Assembly (NCBI RefSeq): GCF_009834535.1
Contig: NC_045696.1
Span: 119,290,001-119,354,000 of the forward strand
Source of the DNA: Camelus ferus
Lineage: Eukaryota
Length of the DNA stretch: 64,000 nt
Reading direction: 5' to 3'
How positions within the stretch are numbered: the stretch's first letter is position 1; each line of letters starts with the position of its first letter. This document shows, piece by piece, positions 41,101 to 54,721 of the stretch. Both the position numbers and the translations under genes were made by a program. The notes under the pieces were generated by a model. It worked only from the letters and a program-made list of their open reading frames with translations, ran no database searches and had not been told where the DNA came from.

Positions 41101-43649
41101 ACAGAGTTCCTCCTGCGGAGAAACCCCCAAGGACTCTAACACTCCACTAGAAATGAAATGCTGAAAGGCCATTGTGATGTGCCCCAGCTTGAGCTCCTCC
41201 TAGTTGACCAGCTGAACTGATCCTCAAGAGACACCTGACACTCACTGACCTCGCAACCCCCCTGCCTGGGTCACTGGGCGTGGGACACCTGTGTGCTCTC
41301 AGTCCTGCCGGTCGGCCTCCTCCCCAGGCCTCCAGGCCCTGCCCAGTACCACCAAGACCTGAGTACCACCCCCCTTCTCTCTGCCCCCTCGACTCTGCCA
41401 ATAAAAAGTTTCTGCCTGTCTTATCAGACTTTGCACATTCAGTGTAAATTAAAACACTCCTGAATGTATCTTTTCCACAAGCAGACCACAGACATCTTGA
41501 TGTCAGGCACTGGATAGAGTTTACATCTAGATCAACTCCCAACACCAAGCACAGGGCCGGACACATAAGAAGATTCAGTAAATATCTGCAAGTAGAAATT
41601 CAGGAGCTTGTTGCTGCTGTTGTTGTTGTTGTTTAAAAAAAAAAAAAAGGAGGTGGGGGACGACTACAGAAGATCTAGACGTTCAAAACTGTGGAAGACG
41701 TCAGGGAAGGCAGGGACTCCCTCAGTACAAGAGGGATCTTCTTTTCTCTGCCACACACTCTGTTGTAAATATATTATTACAACGACAAGGAATGAGGGTC
41801 ATCAGAGGACTGCCCAGTATATTATTACTATTACTTTCATTTTCTTAGGTTTACAAAAAAAGGAAACATTTGTTTTTATCAAGAGACGTTATTTTCTTTC
41901 AATATAATCATCCGCAAAAACACAGCCATGAGCTAGATTATTTCATTTGTAACAGTTTACCGGTCAGATTTTTTAAAAATTAGACTTGTATAAGCTTTAA
42001 ACACATCCCAGAGTCACCTAGTAGCGGGGAAACTAAATTCCCAATCAGTGGGGGAAGGGGGAGAGGCCCGCAGAATTTCAGCTGAAACGTGTGAAAATGT
42101 TTCGTAGTCAAATGCTAGACCACGTAAAATGCAATCGCCAATCATGTGCCAATGTCCAAATACAAAATTCAATGAAGAAGGGAAAAGGAGTTACACTTTC
42201 CATTGAAAAAGTCATGTTCTCGTTCAGATAGCTTCTATGACCAAAAGTGTCCCCAGATGCCTCATGCCAACTGGTATTAATACAGACAGCAATACACCTG
42301 CTGCTACAGTCCGAGTAATACTCTGGGCAAAACTGGTCACACAAAATGCCCTGCACAATTCATTGTTTTTAAAGACATGCCTCCCTCTTAACACTTTATT
42401 TTATTAATATAAACACTGCACACTATGTAAAGATGTCTGGCAACGTGGATTAAAAACATTAGTGAAATCTTTTTGAAGGCCATATCCTTATTTTATTCTG
42501 AAGCTAGTTTCATATAGTTCAGAACTGTAAGTAGTGGCTCTGGTTATATGCCATTCCTTCTTTACTTGTGTTGACTAAGCAAAACATGATGGAGAAACTG
42601 TATGTTTTAACATTTGTACTTGTTCTCATACTTAATGGATCAAAAGATTTCGCAACTGAAACCTCAACTAGCCACGTCCTAAGTCAAAACACATGGCAGG
42701 AAATGAAGTTTTCCATAAAATAACATTTAGACTCTTCTACTGTTCAATAAAATAACAATACATCTGCCAGCTTTGACTAGCACACATTTCTAACACTTTG
42801 ACGGAGTCAGCATCTAAAAGGAAATGCCATCAGACTGACTGAAAAAGCTGGGTTTATGGAGGGTATTTTGATGTTGCTGCTGCAAAAGTCTCTGTCCAGG
42901 AAACAGGCCTTTCTGTGGGAAACCTGGCTGGCTTCCTCTGTTCACTCCCATTCATTCGTTTGCTGGCTTAAAAATATGAACCAAGTCAGGTTCAGGGACA
43001 ACGTGAAAACAAAAACAGGCACAGAGAATTTCATAGTTGAAGGAAAATTTAGTCACTATCAAGAAGAGGTTGTCATCCTACACACCAGGACACCAAGGCC
43101 CAGAGACGTGGTTTAAACTGTGGCGGACTGCCAGACTGACAGGTCGGAGTCTGATGAAAAGAAAATGGTTTTACGAATTGATTTACTGACAAGGGGGGGC
43201 CACACAGTTCTGTCAACTGCACAATGTCTCCCGGCATGACAAAGGGCTCTCCCTGCTCCCCTCAAACACTAACCTGTCCACCTGGCTGAGTCTCTGCCTG
43301 ACCCTTTCGCGCCTTCGTTCCTGCAACCATCCTCTCCCTGGCATCCCCTGTTCTCCTGTCTCCATGAGACCACAGCAAGCACCTCCCTGTGGAGGGACAG
43401 TGGCAGCAGACGCTGTACGCAGTGCTCCCCGTGGACCTGGCACTACAGAGCCATTAATTCATCACAGCCCTAAAAGGTGGGTGTCAAATCCAGGCACTTG
43501 ACCACGGTGCTCTGCTGCTTTTCAAAATGCAAAAATCAAACAAGCCACTGCCTTAAGCCAGCTGCCACCCTGTTCTTCTGCTCCCAGCCATAGAAAAAGC
43601 TTAAGAATTACAGTCTGGGTCCACTTTCTTATTTCCCACTCTCTCTCCA

Positions 43650-45080
43650 ACGCAGTCCAGCCATGTTCACTCTTGGCAATATACTAAGATCGGTCGTTCT
43701 GGTCACCCACTATCCATTGTGCTCATCCGATGACGCCTCTCGGAAGAATTCAGCTGCTCCCCCCTTAAAGCACTTGTCCGCCTGCATCACCTACACCAGC
43801 TGACTGCCCTCCTGCCCCGCAGCCACTCACTCTCCCCTGCCAGGCCCTGCCTCTTCTGCTTGACCTCTCCAAGCTGACCCCCCACCCCGGCTGAGCCCCA
43901 GGCCTCCTCCCCCAACCCCTCACGGCGTCCGCATTGCATCCCCAGCCGTGAACTCCAATCTCATACATTCCACTGCCGATTTCAATTTCCACTTCAAACA
44001 ACACGTCCAACACAGAACTCTTTCATCTCTCAAAGTTTCTTCTTTTTTATTATGGAAAACTTCACACACACACAAAGCTAGTAAAAACAGGATAACAAGA
44101 ATCTTCACAAACCCACGACCCAGATTCAGCAGTGACGTGAGTTGATAAAACTCTCATCTGTAACTCTATTCACCTCCCACCCCCACATTATTCTGAAACT
44201 GAGCTTTGTTCCCTTCCTTCAAACTGGTTCTTCTCCATTTTAGCAAATATGCGCTACCATCATCATCTACCTAGATTATTCAAACCCCCAAGCTAGAAGT
44301 CATGGTTTCCTATCCTTCTCCCACTGGCTGTGAACCTCCACCCCATTGGTGAATCCCACCAGCCTCGCCTCTGTCTCAGATCTGCTTCCCCTCCTCACCT
44401 GCTCTAAGTCCCCATCACCTATCCTAGGACTGAGTTAGTAGCCTCCAACTTGGTGTCAAAGCACAATAAAAGCCCAGTGCTCTACCGAGCAGAGATGACC
44501 CATATAAAATAAATGTACATCACAAGGGCAGGGGATAGCTCAGTGGTAGAGGGTGTGCTGAGCATGAGGTCCTAGGTTCCATCCCCAGTACCTCCAATAA
44601 CAAAAATTTAAAAATAAATTAGAAAAAAAGTGTACATCACATGTCATTTCCCTGCTTTAAACCTTCCATCACCCTTAGGACAGAGCCCCAACTCCTCATC
44701 CACGCCCGCAGTGGTTTCTACAACCTGGGCCCTGCCTACCTCTCACCCTATCACCTTCCACTGAACATGCCAAGCTCCATCCTGCCCCAAAGCCAGGGCT
44801 CCTGACAGCCCCTCTGCCAGGAATGAGGTGCATGTGGCTTGCTGGCTTCTCTCCTCATTCAAGTCTCAGCTCAAATCTTACTTGACGATTGGCAATAGCC
44901 CCCATGACCCTGTTTTATGTCCTTCAGAGCGCAGATCGTCTGACAGTCTCTGGTCAACCTGCCCCAGAACGAAGCTCCACGCGTGGCAGGGGCTCTACCT
45001 GCCTCCTGCATGCTGCTTTCCCTACACCCAGGCGGGGCTAGGCCACCACAGGCGCTCAACACGTGTCTGCTGGGTTTAAG
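43650..45080 (+). mobile_element. Degraded L2 LINE fragments
   Basis: Pyrimidine-rich L2-like text, e.g. catgtcatttccctgctttaaaccttcc and ttcaagtctcagctcaaa. Confidence 0.5.
44526..44630 (+). mobile_element. tRNA-derived SINE (camelid-type)
   Basis: gatagctcagtggtagag...ccccagtacctcca with an A-rich tail; TSD TGTACATCACA at 44514-44524 and 44631-44641. Confidence 0.9.
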
Positions 45081-45299
45081 GTAAAACCCGCTTCATTTGA
45101 TTGGAACCCCTAAGTGAAAAATGGAAAGGAGCCTAGCCTCTTAATTTACTGAACAAAAGGGTGTCAGTGAAAAGCACTGACACTGTACATTTTAGACGCT
45201 AACAAGTTAAGTTCTGGGCATAGTTAAGCAGCATCAAGAGAGACAAGTTCTCATTTTCCACAGCTCTTAGGCCGCACACGTCATCAGCCACGGAAGTGG

Positions 45300-45743
45300 T
45301 GTCAACTGATTAAAAAAAAAGCACAATCTAAAAGGAGAATGACATTTTATTCGGTGGGCTTACTACAGCCCGGGACGACAGCCTCTCAGAGAGCTCTGAG
45401 GGACTGCTCCAAAGAGGTGGGGGGGAGCCAGGGTATGTAGGAGTTTTTGCAAAAAAGAAAAACCCAAGTAATCAAACATCAAAAGGTGACTGCTAATTAA
45501 AGAAAAACCAGACATTTCGAGTTAATGAATTCAGCGCTTTTCTAGGTATGGGAAGCTGCAAGAGTCCGGGCTCACTGAAATCACTCCTTTGATGTGCACC
45601 TCAACCATCCAGGGCCAGTCTCTGTTCTTCTCCATCCTGAGTCCCCGCAGGGGGCACCATGAGGGGCGGCTGCAGTGGCTGAGGGCTTGATGGCTCCAAC
45701 ACCCTTTGTTTACTGAAATGGCAGGGGACATTCTTTGTCCATA
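45300..45743 (-). mobile_element. Solo LTR (ERV1-type)
   Basis: Minus strand runs T(A)TGGACAAAG...GTTGACA with AATAAA at 45346-45351; 4-bp TSD GTGG at 45296-45299 and 45744-45747. Confidence 0.85.
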
Positions 45744-48406
45744 GTGGGATTAGCATTTGTTTATTCTACTCAATGAAACGTGCACCCTGCACCGAGCGTC
45801 TGTGTTATGTCACCACTGTGCTAGGTACTGTGGCCACAGGGCCTCCCTCTCTGGGGGCCTCCTTCACAGCAGGGAGCTGGAGGCCAGCTGCCAGGGCCTT
45901 CAGACTGCACCTCCCCGGGAGTTCTCCAGGAGGCTGGGCCCAGGGCCCCTGCCAGCCCCACCGCCTCCTCTAGGGGGTCTCTCCCCACCACTCTCCCTCT
46001 GTCGGAGCTGACAGTGCGGTGAGGCTAGGATGCCAAGTACTGCTCACCCCAGGCTGGACAATCTTTAAAAGGCACTCTGACCATCAGACTCTGGATGGTC
46101 AAAGCAAATCAGGTGTTCAACTGTTGGCAAACATTCCATATTAAAAACATGCCCCTCAATGCCCAAGTTGAAAGCCATTCCAGCGTATGATCTTCCCAAA
46201 GTGTATAGGTGATGAAGAGCAGAGAAGTGTACGAGCTAAACCTCAAACATGACCCAGTTCTCCAGCCAAGCGGCCCACTTCACTCACACCCAAGCCTCAG
46301 CAAAATCGAAAGCCAGGCAGGCTCCCTGCACTCAGCCATCACCTCTGGGACCCATAAGATCCCTGAAGGTCTCTGCCCCAGGAACCCAGCCACGGACATC
46401 ACTGTGTCAGCTGTGACTCCCCACTTTGTTATGCCCAGTAACACTCAAGAATAGTTTTGACTTGGAACAGAGATAAGGCTGTGTGACATTTACCTTCCTT
46501 CACTGTGTTGCTCAATGAAACCGTGTCTAAATCATGTCATGTTCTTTTGCTGTCATAGAGTGAAAAACCAATTTGATATCAAAGATCTGAGTTCAAGGGC
46601 TGAGTCCTCCATTTACTTGAACAAGCCCTTTAAACTTAGGCTGACGATGTAATTTATCATCTAAAACAGGACACCCGTGAGAGTGAAGGGGGTGCCGCTG
46701 ACAGTTACACCAGAATAGCAGCATAAGCCAGGAATGCCCCAGGCAAACAGAGGGCCATCCGATCTGAATCTCCGGAGTCTTCACTTCCTTGTCTGTACAG
46801 TGGGGATAAGGATCCCTATACACCCCTCCTAGGGTGGTTGTGAGAATCAAGTAACAACTACTGCTAATTGAGTGCTTCATAAACAAAAGGCCGCGATGCA
46901 CACAAAGCATCTGCAGGACAAAGCACAGGCTTCTAAAAGAAGCAAACTAGTACAACTGAAAAAGAACTAATAGTGTTTCCAAAATCAATCAGGTGCACAG
47001 AATCAGCTTCTTCTGACCAGAGTCCCATGAGCACCTGAGATCAGGGCTCATATCAGTTCTCAACACTGCAGCCCCAGGACCCAGCCTAGTGTGTGGCATA
47101 TTTCCAAAGGAATGCGTGAGAATCCATAATTTTAAAATGTCTTTCGTTACCAAGCTCTCCCATCAAATTGATGAACAGAGTATGTCCTGCTCAGCAGGCC
47201 AGCCCTCTACAGGGGCCAAGCACGGAGTGACTCCCTGAGTGACATCTCAGTCTTGCAGGAATGGTCCTTACCACGTTACAATATTTCTATTCTTATCGCC
47301 TTGACATTTCTAAGGTTACCCAGGCTGCATACTCTTGACGTTTAAGAAAAAGATATGTGGACTTGAACACAAACAGTCAAATGTCATTCAATTCAGAGCT
47401 CGTTCCCAGCAACAGCAGGACTCCAGACAGGTTACACTTGCAGCCCCATCTAAGAGGCATTCACATCACAAGTGGCATTCAGTAACTTCTCCAGAGGGAA
47501 CCCCAGGCTGAAGGAGGAAAGGACATTTCTGGGTGGGTGGTGGCTCTGTTCTCGACCCGCTCCAGGAGGGTGCAGGGTCCTCTGGCCTAGGAATCGGGAG
47601 ACCTGGAGCTTCCCTCGGGCCTGGCTCTGCTCCCTCTGGAGTAACAGGCACATGCCACCCTATCCTTGGGCTGCAACAGAAGAGCAAATGCCACGTGGGG
47701 AGCTGGATGACACATACCCGCTGTGCAAAATAAAGGCAGAAGGGCCGGATGAGACTACGAGGGTGGTCCAGGGCTGCTGTGGCCTGACCCGAGGTGCCGG
47801 TCATTCCGACAGGTCCACACTGAACTCCTGCTTTACAGCTGGGAGCCGCCCTCGGAGGGAGCCGGGTGGCCCCTGACGACCTGACACTGTGGAGGTTGTG
47901 GCCCCAGACACTACCCAGCTCTATCCAGCACCCCACAGCTCCCAGCTCTCACTCCCTGTGGTGGAGCATGGAAATGAGAAACAGAAGAGGAGAAGGGCTG
48001 CAAATGGAAAATCCCTGCCAAGGTAACATCATGGCTGGTATCATCCTGGAATTCTGACTTATGGGCAATTAAATTCCCAACTGTTCAACTGGAAGCTGCT
48101 TTAGGCAGGAAAGAGCTCTCTGCAGGAGGCCCCTTTTGTCTGGTCACTAACCTTAAACCAGGTGCCCCCATGCTCCAGTCACCTCTGGCCCAAACACACC
48201 TTTCAAACCTTGATCACACAACACCTTGCTTAACCTGGTGGCTCTTTCCTGGATCAAATGATGAATGAGTAATTAAAACATGACCAGGTCTCTTTCCCAG
48301 CTTCCCCTTCAGAAACCACGAGAACAGACTATGTGAACAAGACGGAGTCTAAGGAAAGATGACAAGAAGTCAGTCAACTAGCCTGCACACAGTGGGGGAT
48401 GGTGAC

Positions 48407-49472
48407 GGCCCTACCCACCAGAGGGCCAGGACCAAGCTTCACCCAGCAGTGGGCAGGCACCAGCTCCTCCTGCCAGCAAACATGCATAAGCCTCTACTCC
48501 AGCCTCATCCACCAGGGGAAGATACCAGAAATAAGAAAACAACAATCCCAAAGGCTGTGGAGGAATCCACAAACACAGGCCAGACTCCACATTAGGACCA
48601 GCTGGACTCTAGCCCTTGGGTGACGAGAGGAGAGTACTGCTGGGACACACAGGATGTCTTCCACAGACAGCCACTTCTCCAAGATCGAGACACACAACTA
48701 ACCTACCTAAAAATACAAATAGAAAGATAGACAATGTGAGGCGGCAGAGGAATATCTCCCAGGCCAAGGCACAAGATAAAATCCCAGAAAAAGAAATAAG
48801 TGATGAGGAGATAGCCCATTTTTCTGAGAAAGAGTTTAAAGTAATGACGAAGATGTTCAGAGAACGCAAGGGGATTATAGATGCACAGAGTGAAGTTTTT
48901 AGCAGAGTTGGAAAATATAAAGAATACTCAGAGTTGAAGAATAAAATCACTGAAATGAATAACAAACCAGAAGGAACCAATAATAGACTAAATGAGGCAG
49001 AAGAATGGGTCAATGAGCTAGAAGACAGATTAGTGAAAATCACTACTGTAGAACAGAGAAAAGAAAAAAGAATGAAAAGAAATGAGGATAGTTTAAGAGA
49101 ACTCTGGGACAATGTGAAGTGCACTAATATTTGCATTATAGGGGTCCCAAAAAGAGAAAAGAGAGAGAAAGGACCTGAGAAAATTTTTAAAGAGATAATA
49201 ACTGAAAACTTTCCTAACTTAGGAAAGGAAACAATCACCCAAGTCCAGGAAGCGCAGAGTCCCACACAGGATCAACCGAAAGAGGAACACACCAAGGCAT
49301 ATAGCAATCAAATTAACAAAAACTAAAGATAAGGAGAAATTATTAAAATTAGAAGGAGAAAAGCAACAAATAACATACAAGGGAGCCCCTGTAAGGTTAT
49401 CAGCTGATTTTTCAGCAGAAAATCTACAGGCCAGAAGGGAGTGGCATGATATATTTAAAGTAATGAAAGGGA
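48407..49472 (+). mobile_element. L1 distal 5' UTR plus ORF1 fragment embedded in ERV-B
   Basis: ORF 48616..49326 encodes L1 ORF1p coiled coil and RRM start (LRELWDNVKCTNICIIGVP...IITENFPNL); homologous to 28640-29130; no poly(A) or TSD. Confidence 0.9.
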
Positions 49473-50530
49473 AGGGAGCACTGCTTTTGCTAACAGACTA
49501 TGTGAGTTTCCATGTCTTTAAGTGAACTGTAAGTACGTTTGAAATCTTTCTGGTTAAGTGAGTAAGTATTGTTTCAGTGACCTATGATCCTATCTGACTA
49601 AGTGTTTTGAAGCTTTCTGATATTTCTGACAAACTTACTATCAAGTTTTAATTAAAGTTCTCTTCACCTCCAGCTAACTTAAAAATGCTTCAGAGGGCCC
49701 CTAAGGCATCTCAGAGAGAAATATGAAACTAACTAGGACTGTTTGGTAAGTTAAATTACATGGAAAGTATTATCAAATGAATAAGTCTCCTCAGATTGTA
49801 TGGTACAGATGAATGCTATTAATATAAATATTCTAAAAATTGTGTAAGTTTCTGAAGTTTGGATACGTCCTAGTATGTTGTCAGTCTTAATTTTAGTTGT
49901 TATGTTAAAATACTGTATGTCACAACTTCGTTAAGATTCTTTGTCAAAAACATTATAATCCGATTTCTAACCTTGTCTTTTTAAGCCCTTTGTCATTCAT
50001 TCATGGACAGTTAAGCTATGCTCTGCAAAACTGCTTCATCTTCAAGAAGATTCACAGACTTTTTGACAAGTACAGGTTTCTTTTAAATTACACTGCTAAA
50101 CTGGGTTAGAAATTTTTAAAAAGTCTAATAGAAACTCTGATTTCATAAAACTTAGCAAAAAGGATTAATTACATAGGATTGAGTAAATTTATAAATACGA
50201 CTATAATTTTTTATGTGAAATATTAGTGGCTTTTAATCTGTTTTCCAGATATGAGGAAACTTTTCCCCTTAAGCTAATTATGATTTATAATAACTTGGTA
50301 TATTATGCTTTGTTAGGTAGAATTGAAGCATTTTTCTATCTGATCCCTCTAGAAGTTGGACACTCCTAGGTTCCAAGCAGCTGTATCAGTAAATACGAAA
50401 GGCCGCCTCTTGACAACTGCAAAAATCTCAATGTATTTTGGGAACCTCAAAAAAGGAGGAACTCATCCAAATTTGTAGGATGAAATCTGTGACCAGCCTT
50501 TCATGTGGCTCTCCTCAAGGCCCTTTTTAA

Positions 50531-50625
50531 TTTTTTTTTTTTAAATGGATGTGCGGGGGATTGAACCCTGAACCTTGTGCATGCTAAGCATGTGCTCTGC
50601 CACTGAGCTATACCCTCTCCCTCCT
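50531..50625 (-). mobile_element. tRNA-derived SINE inside ERV-B
   Basis: Reverse SINE body with T tail; imperfect TSD aaggcc(c)ttttaa on both sides. Confidence 0.88.
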
Positions 50626-51016
50626 AAAGGCCTTTTAAAATTTGTCTGAGATTCCTCATGAAAGGTTCCAGCATAGCCATAAAATAACCTAAATAATCAA
50701 TTAACCACACTCATTTTGCAAACAAACTAATTTTAATTTACCTATTTTGGGGAAAATGAGGGTAATTTTAGAAAGAAAAGGGCTATATTTTAATGGAAGT
50801 TAAATTCTAGTTTTGTTAATTGAGGTCACTATTTGCTGCCTAAGACTCACTCTCCAGATGGCTCTTTGTTGTTTTGTTACTCACTGTAAAGTCTAGAACT
50901 CTGACTTTGTTTCTGAAGCTTATCACAGCAGTCTACGTTTCGATGAAAATCAGACGCCCCATGACCCGCAGTCAGGGAATTATACATACTAGAAGGAGCA
51001 TCACTTAAAGCGCTGC

Positions 51017-51124
51017 CTCCAACCTAGATAAAAGGACCTTTATCAGATATTCTTAACTAGCCCATGTGCAATGAAACTGAATGAAACGGACTCTTGGATT
51101 CAAATTTCCCACTTGAGAAGGGCC
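51017..51124 (+). pseudogene. pol: ERV pol integrase C-terminal remnant
   Basis: Manual translation LQPR*KDLYQIFLTSPCAMKLNETDSWIQISHLRRA matches the gamma-type LxPRWKGPYxVLLTxPxAxKxxGxxxWIHxSHxK pattern. Confidence 0.8.
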
Positions 51125-53313
51125 TCTGCATTGGACTGGCCTACAGAAGGGACTGCTGCCCCCAAATGACATTTACAGCAGCATCAGAAGGAAAAGACAA
51201 CAGTGGTGGACAGCTGGCCCAGGAGTCTGGACCAGGCCTGTAAGACCTATCATAATCTAATTCAACTGTTTACCAAATGTCTGTCTCTCTATCAACATTG
51301 AAAGTTACTGTTTTACTTTCAACCGCACTGTTGCCCCCAATGTTTAGGAAAGAAAGAGAACTCTCTACAGAGTTGTCACAGAGGGTAACTACTCGTGATG
51401 TGTAAACTTCTTGCCTTTTATTAAAAGTCTATTGCTAAGAGCACATGTACAATGCTTGTGTGACAACTGTGTGTAAGTGGTAAAATGCATGGCCTATGAA
51501 GTATTTCTCTGTTAACATTCCTCTCTCTTAGCCTGTTCACAGTATCTGATGAATTTTCCCCCAACGTGGATAACTAGGTAAGTATAAAGGAGGCCTGGCA
51601 CCGAGGGACATGATCTGGACCTGGAGCAGGAGCTGCCACCTCAGCTTCGAGGGAATGAATATTTTGCTCACCAATGCTTTCTACTGAAAGATTTGCAATC
51701 AAAAGGAGAAATGATGGGGAAACTTGCACATGTTGAGGTATGGGGCAGTCATGCTGGCTTATGCATGGTTTGACGTAAACTTTACTGACCAAAGTGGCCT
51801 GCTTTATGGCCTTTTGGACAGGCATTGTACACCTGCTTTGGCCTTGAGAAGGGGCATGCACTTGAAAGTCAGAAATGGAGTAGCTGTGGTTCAGACCTCT
51901 GAGGTAAACCTAGGTGGCCACTGTGGGTGTGGTTTCTGACATGTTTCTGTATTGTTGAGAACTTGAGTTTTCTGAGCTGTGTTAGACTCAGGACACCACA
52001 AGCCATTCTCAAAGCAGTGTCTGCTGGTGAGATCATGCAGGACCCTGTGGGTTCCTCTGTCAAGTTTACGATCAAACTCTCTACCTGAAACTTTATTCCT
52101 TTTTGTGTTCTGCACCTGTTCCTCCTCAGGATTGAGGAGTATCAAAGAAAAAAGGGAAACTGGAACCAAACAGGACCCTGCAGGCATCCTCCCAACTCTG
52201 CCTCTTGTTTGTAGAAAAGGTAAAGTCTCTCGGGCCTCCCCGAGCCACAAAAGAGCAGGCTCAAACAGCTAATGACTCAGTGTCCGATGCACATTCCTGA
52301 GTTGTTTTACAGACACTATAACTGTCACCAGAGGGAAAAGCCAACTGCACGATGACCAGACTGAAGCCCCGAAGTAAGCCGTTCCATCTTGAGCAGGACT
52401 GAATCTGTGGCCAGCACAAGTCCAAGAACTGGTCTTAACACAACTGGATTACCACTATTGCTCATAATGATCTGTATGGGCATCAAAGTAATTGTAGCTT
52501 TTTCTGCTCATATATGTAAATGGGCAACTACAACTGTCAGCAAAGAGATGCTACAGACCCTCTTCCACTCTGAGAACATGGTGCCCTCCGTCAGCATGAA
52601 GAAATCACAGAAGACAGACCTCTGCCCATGACCCCACAGAAACAGAATGATGCTCTGACCAGCTTCAGGCAGGAAAGAGCTCTCTGCAGGAGGCTCCTGT
52701 TGTCTGGTCACTAACCTTAAGCCAGGCGCCTCCATGCTCCAGTCACCTCCGGCCCAAGCACACCTCTCAAAACTTGCTCACACAATACCTTGCCTAACCC
52801 ATTGGTTCTTTCCTGGATCAAAGAAGTAGGAGCGACGAATACATTATTAGCAGATGTCTAACTTCCCTCTTAGCATCTTGAGAACAAACTCTGTGAATAA
52901 GATAGCTTCCAGAGAAAAGATCACAAGAAGTCGACAAGCCTGCAAGCAGTGGGGAAGGGTGACAACTCTGACCCCCACCTCTCACCTCAATGATTAATTG
53001 ACATCACTTCCCTTTTCCCTTTAAAAACTTTCGAGGACGAGCAGACTCTTAGGAGTCAGTTTTTGCAGACACTGAGTCCACCACCTCCCCAGATCGCCAG
53101 CACTCTGATTAAAAGCAACTTTCCTTTCTAACACTGGCCTCTCTTGAGTGTTGATTTCTGAACGTCAAGCGGCAGGATCTGAGTTCGGTAACACAATCAC
53201 ATTATTAGATCTTACGTTAACTTTCTCTGTAGTTGTCTTAAACTTGGCTCAAAATAACTCCCCAAAAGTCTCAATAATTTTGTCCTGTAAAATTCTGAAA
53301 TGCAGCTCTAATT

Positions 53314-53510
53314 TGGGATTGGCAAACAGGCCAAACCTGGGTGTTCTGGTAAGTATCGTTTTATTGGAACACAGCCACACCTCTTTGTTTACATGGTGTC
53401 CAGGGCTATTTTCACACTACAAAGGCAGTTTTATAGCTGTAACTAAGCATGGCCCTTGAAGCCTAAAATACTCACTATCTGATCTTTTATGGTAAGTTTG
53501 CCAAACCCAA
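53314..53510. mobile_element. MER58A-like hAT-Charlie MITE
   Basis: TIRs tgggattggcaaac / gtttgccaaacccaa; perfect 8-bp TSD CTCTAATT at 53306-53313 and 53511-53518; internal gttttattggaacacagccacac. Confidence 0.85.
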
Positions 53511-54721
53511 CTCTAATTCTACGTGTCTCAAAACAACAGAAAAGAGTCCAGACCAAGCCTATTAAATAAACTGCTTTTTCTTCAAAACCAGAAAGGTTTC
53601 ACTTTAAAAAAGAAATCCTAACAAATCTCACATTTACAAAATGAGCATTTTTGTGTGTTGAACAAACCAAAAAAAAAGCATTTTCAGATTTATCATCAGT
53701 GGGGAAAGTATAGTTCCCATACACCCATAAATCTATTATGCTCAAGTAATTTTACACAGATGCCACAAAAAACGCACTGGCTTGATGCTGAATACACAAA
53801 CACACCACTCTTGGTCCTAAAGCAGTGTTCTGAAAGTAGCATTAGCTCGAAAAGTGGGACCTAAATAATATACTCTTAGATTAAAGTATATTCTGCTTGT
53901 CAATGCTAAAAATTAAACTGCTGTGACAATACGACTTCTGAGCGTGCTCACAGGAGTGCTTAATCCCTTCTTTTAGTGAAATACATAGTTTTTTCACTGT
54001 TAGTTTAAATACACTTACAACACTAAGCTAAATATACCCAAATATGTGAAGAATCACTCAAAAAGCAAAATCAAATATCCAATTTATGTTTTTAAAAGAA
54101 AATGGGGTTACTCACTGAGCTGAAGGGTGAGGATCCTTCCTTTCCCAGCCCTGGACCCCTTCAGGAGGTGGGTTAGCCTTTCTACGGATGGTCTGAACGT
54201 GATGGGAAAAATCTGCACATTTTTCCACTGGGGAAGGGCACCAAGGACTCGCCCACCTTCCTCTCTCAGATGTCAGTGCTCTCTCCCTTGATGAAACAAG
54301 AAGTTGTTCTAAAGTAGGGATGGGAACAAGGACTTTGAGACACGGTGCCAGGAAAAAAGAAAAAAAAAAAAAAAAAAGAAAAGTAAGCTACTCATAAACT
54401 GCAGGCAATACCAGAAGTTCTGTGTCTAAAATACAACCCTAAACATTACACCTGTGGGCTGTCCCCTCAACTGCTGCCACACGCCCATCATCAGAAACAC
54501 ATTCACTCCAAGTTTAAAGGGAAAAACTGGCGTATTGTACTGTCATCTTTTCAAATCAGTTGTCACATGCCCCGTTCAGAAAAGCTCTGAAGAGAACAAT
54601 AACAAACTTTCCCTGACTGTCCTCTGAAGGGCTCAAGCTCGCGTAAGCCCTCTCTGAAAGCGAGTCCTCGCTGCGGGCAAACCGCCAGCTGCGGGAACTC
54701 TGCCCAGCCCCAGATACCCAC

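Larger units (their letters stand above)
48102..53193 (+). mobile_element. Second decayed ERV (ERV-B): partial 5' LTR 48102-48406, L1 fragment, internal region 49473-52160, full 3' LTR 52161-53193
   Basis: 48102-48406 aligns with about 52666-52962; internal 49610-52030 is homologous to ERV-A 20150-21507; PPT aaagaaaaaagggaaac, TG start, ATTAAA near 53108, end gttcggtaaca. Confidence 0.85.

Noticed and set aside
46078..46101. Inverted repeat TGACCATC...GATGGTCA
   Set aside because: An 8-bp stem is expected by chance in 64 kb; no miRNA-length hairpin.
48609..49265. 218-aa hydrophobic minus-strand ORF as a membrane protein
   Set aside because: It is the antisense frame of A-rich L1 ORF1, a common artefact.
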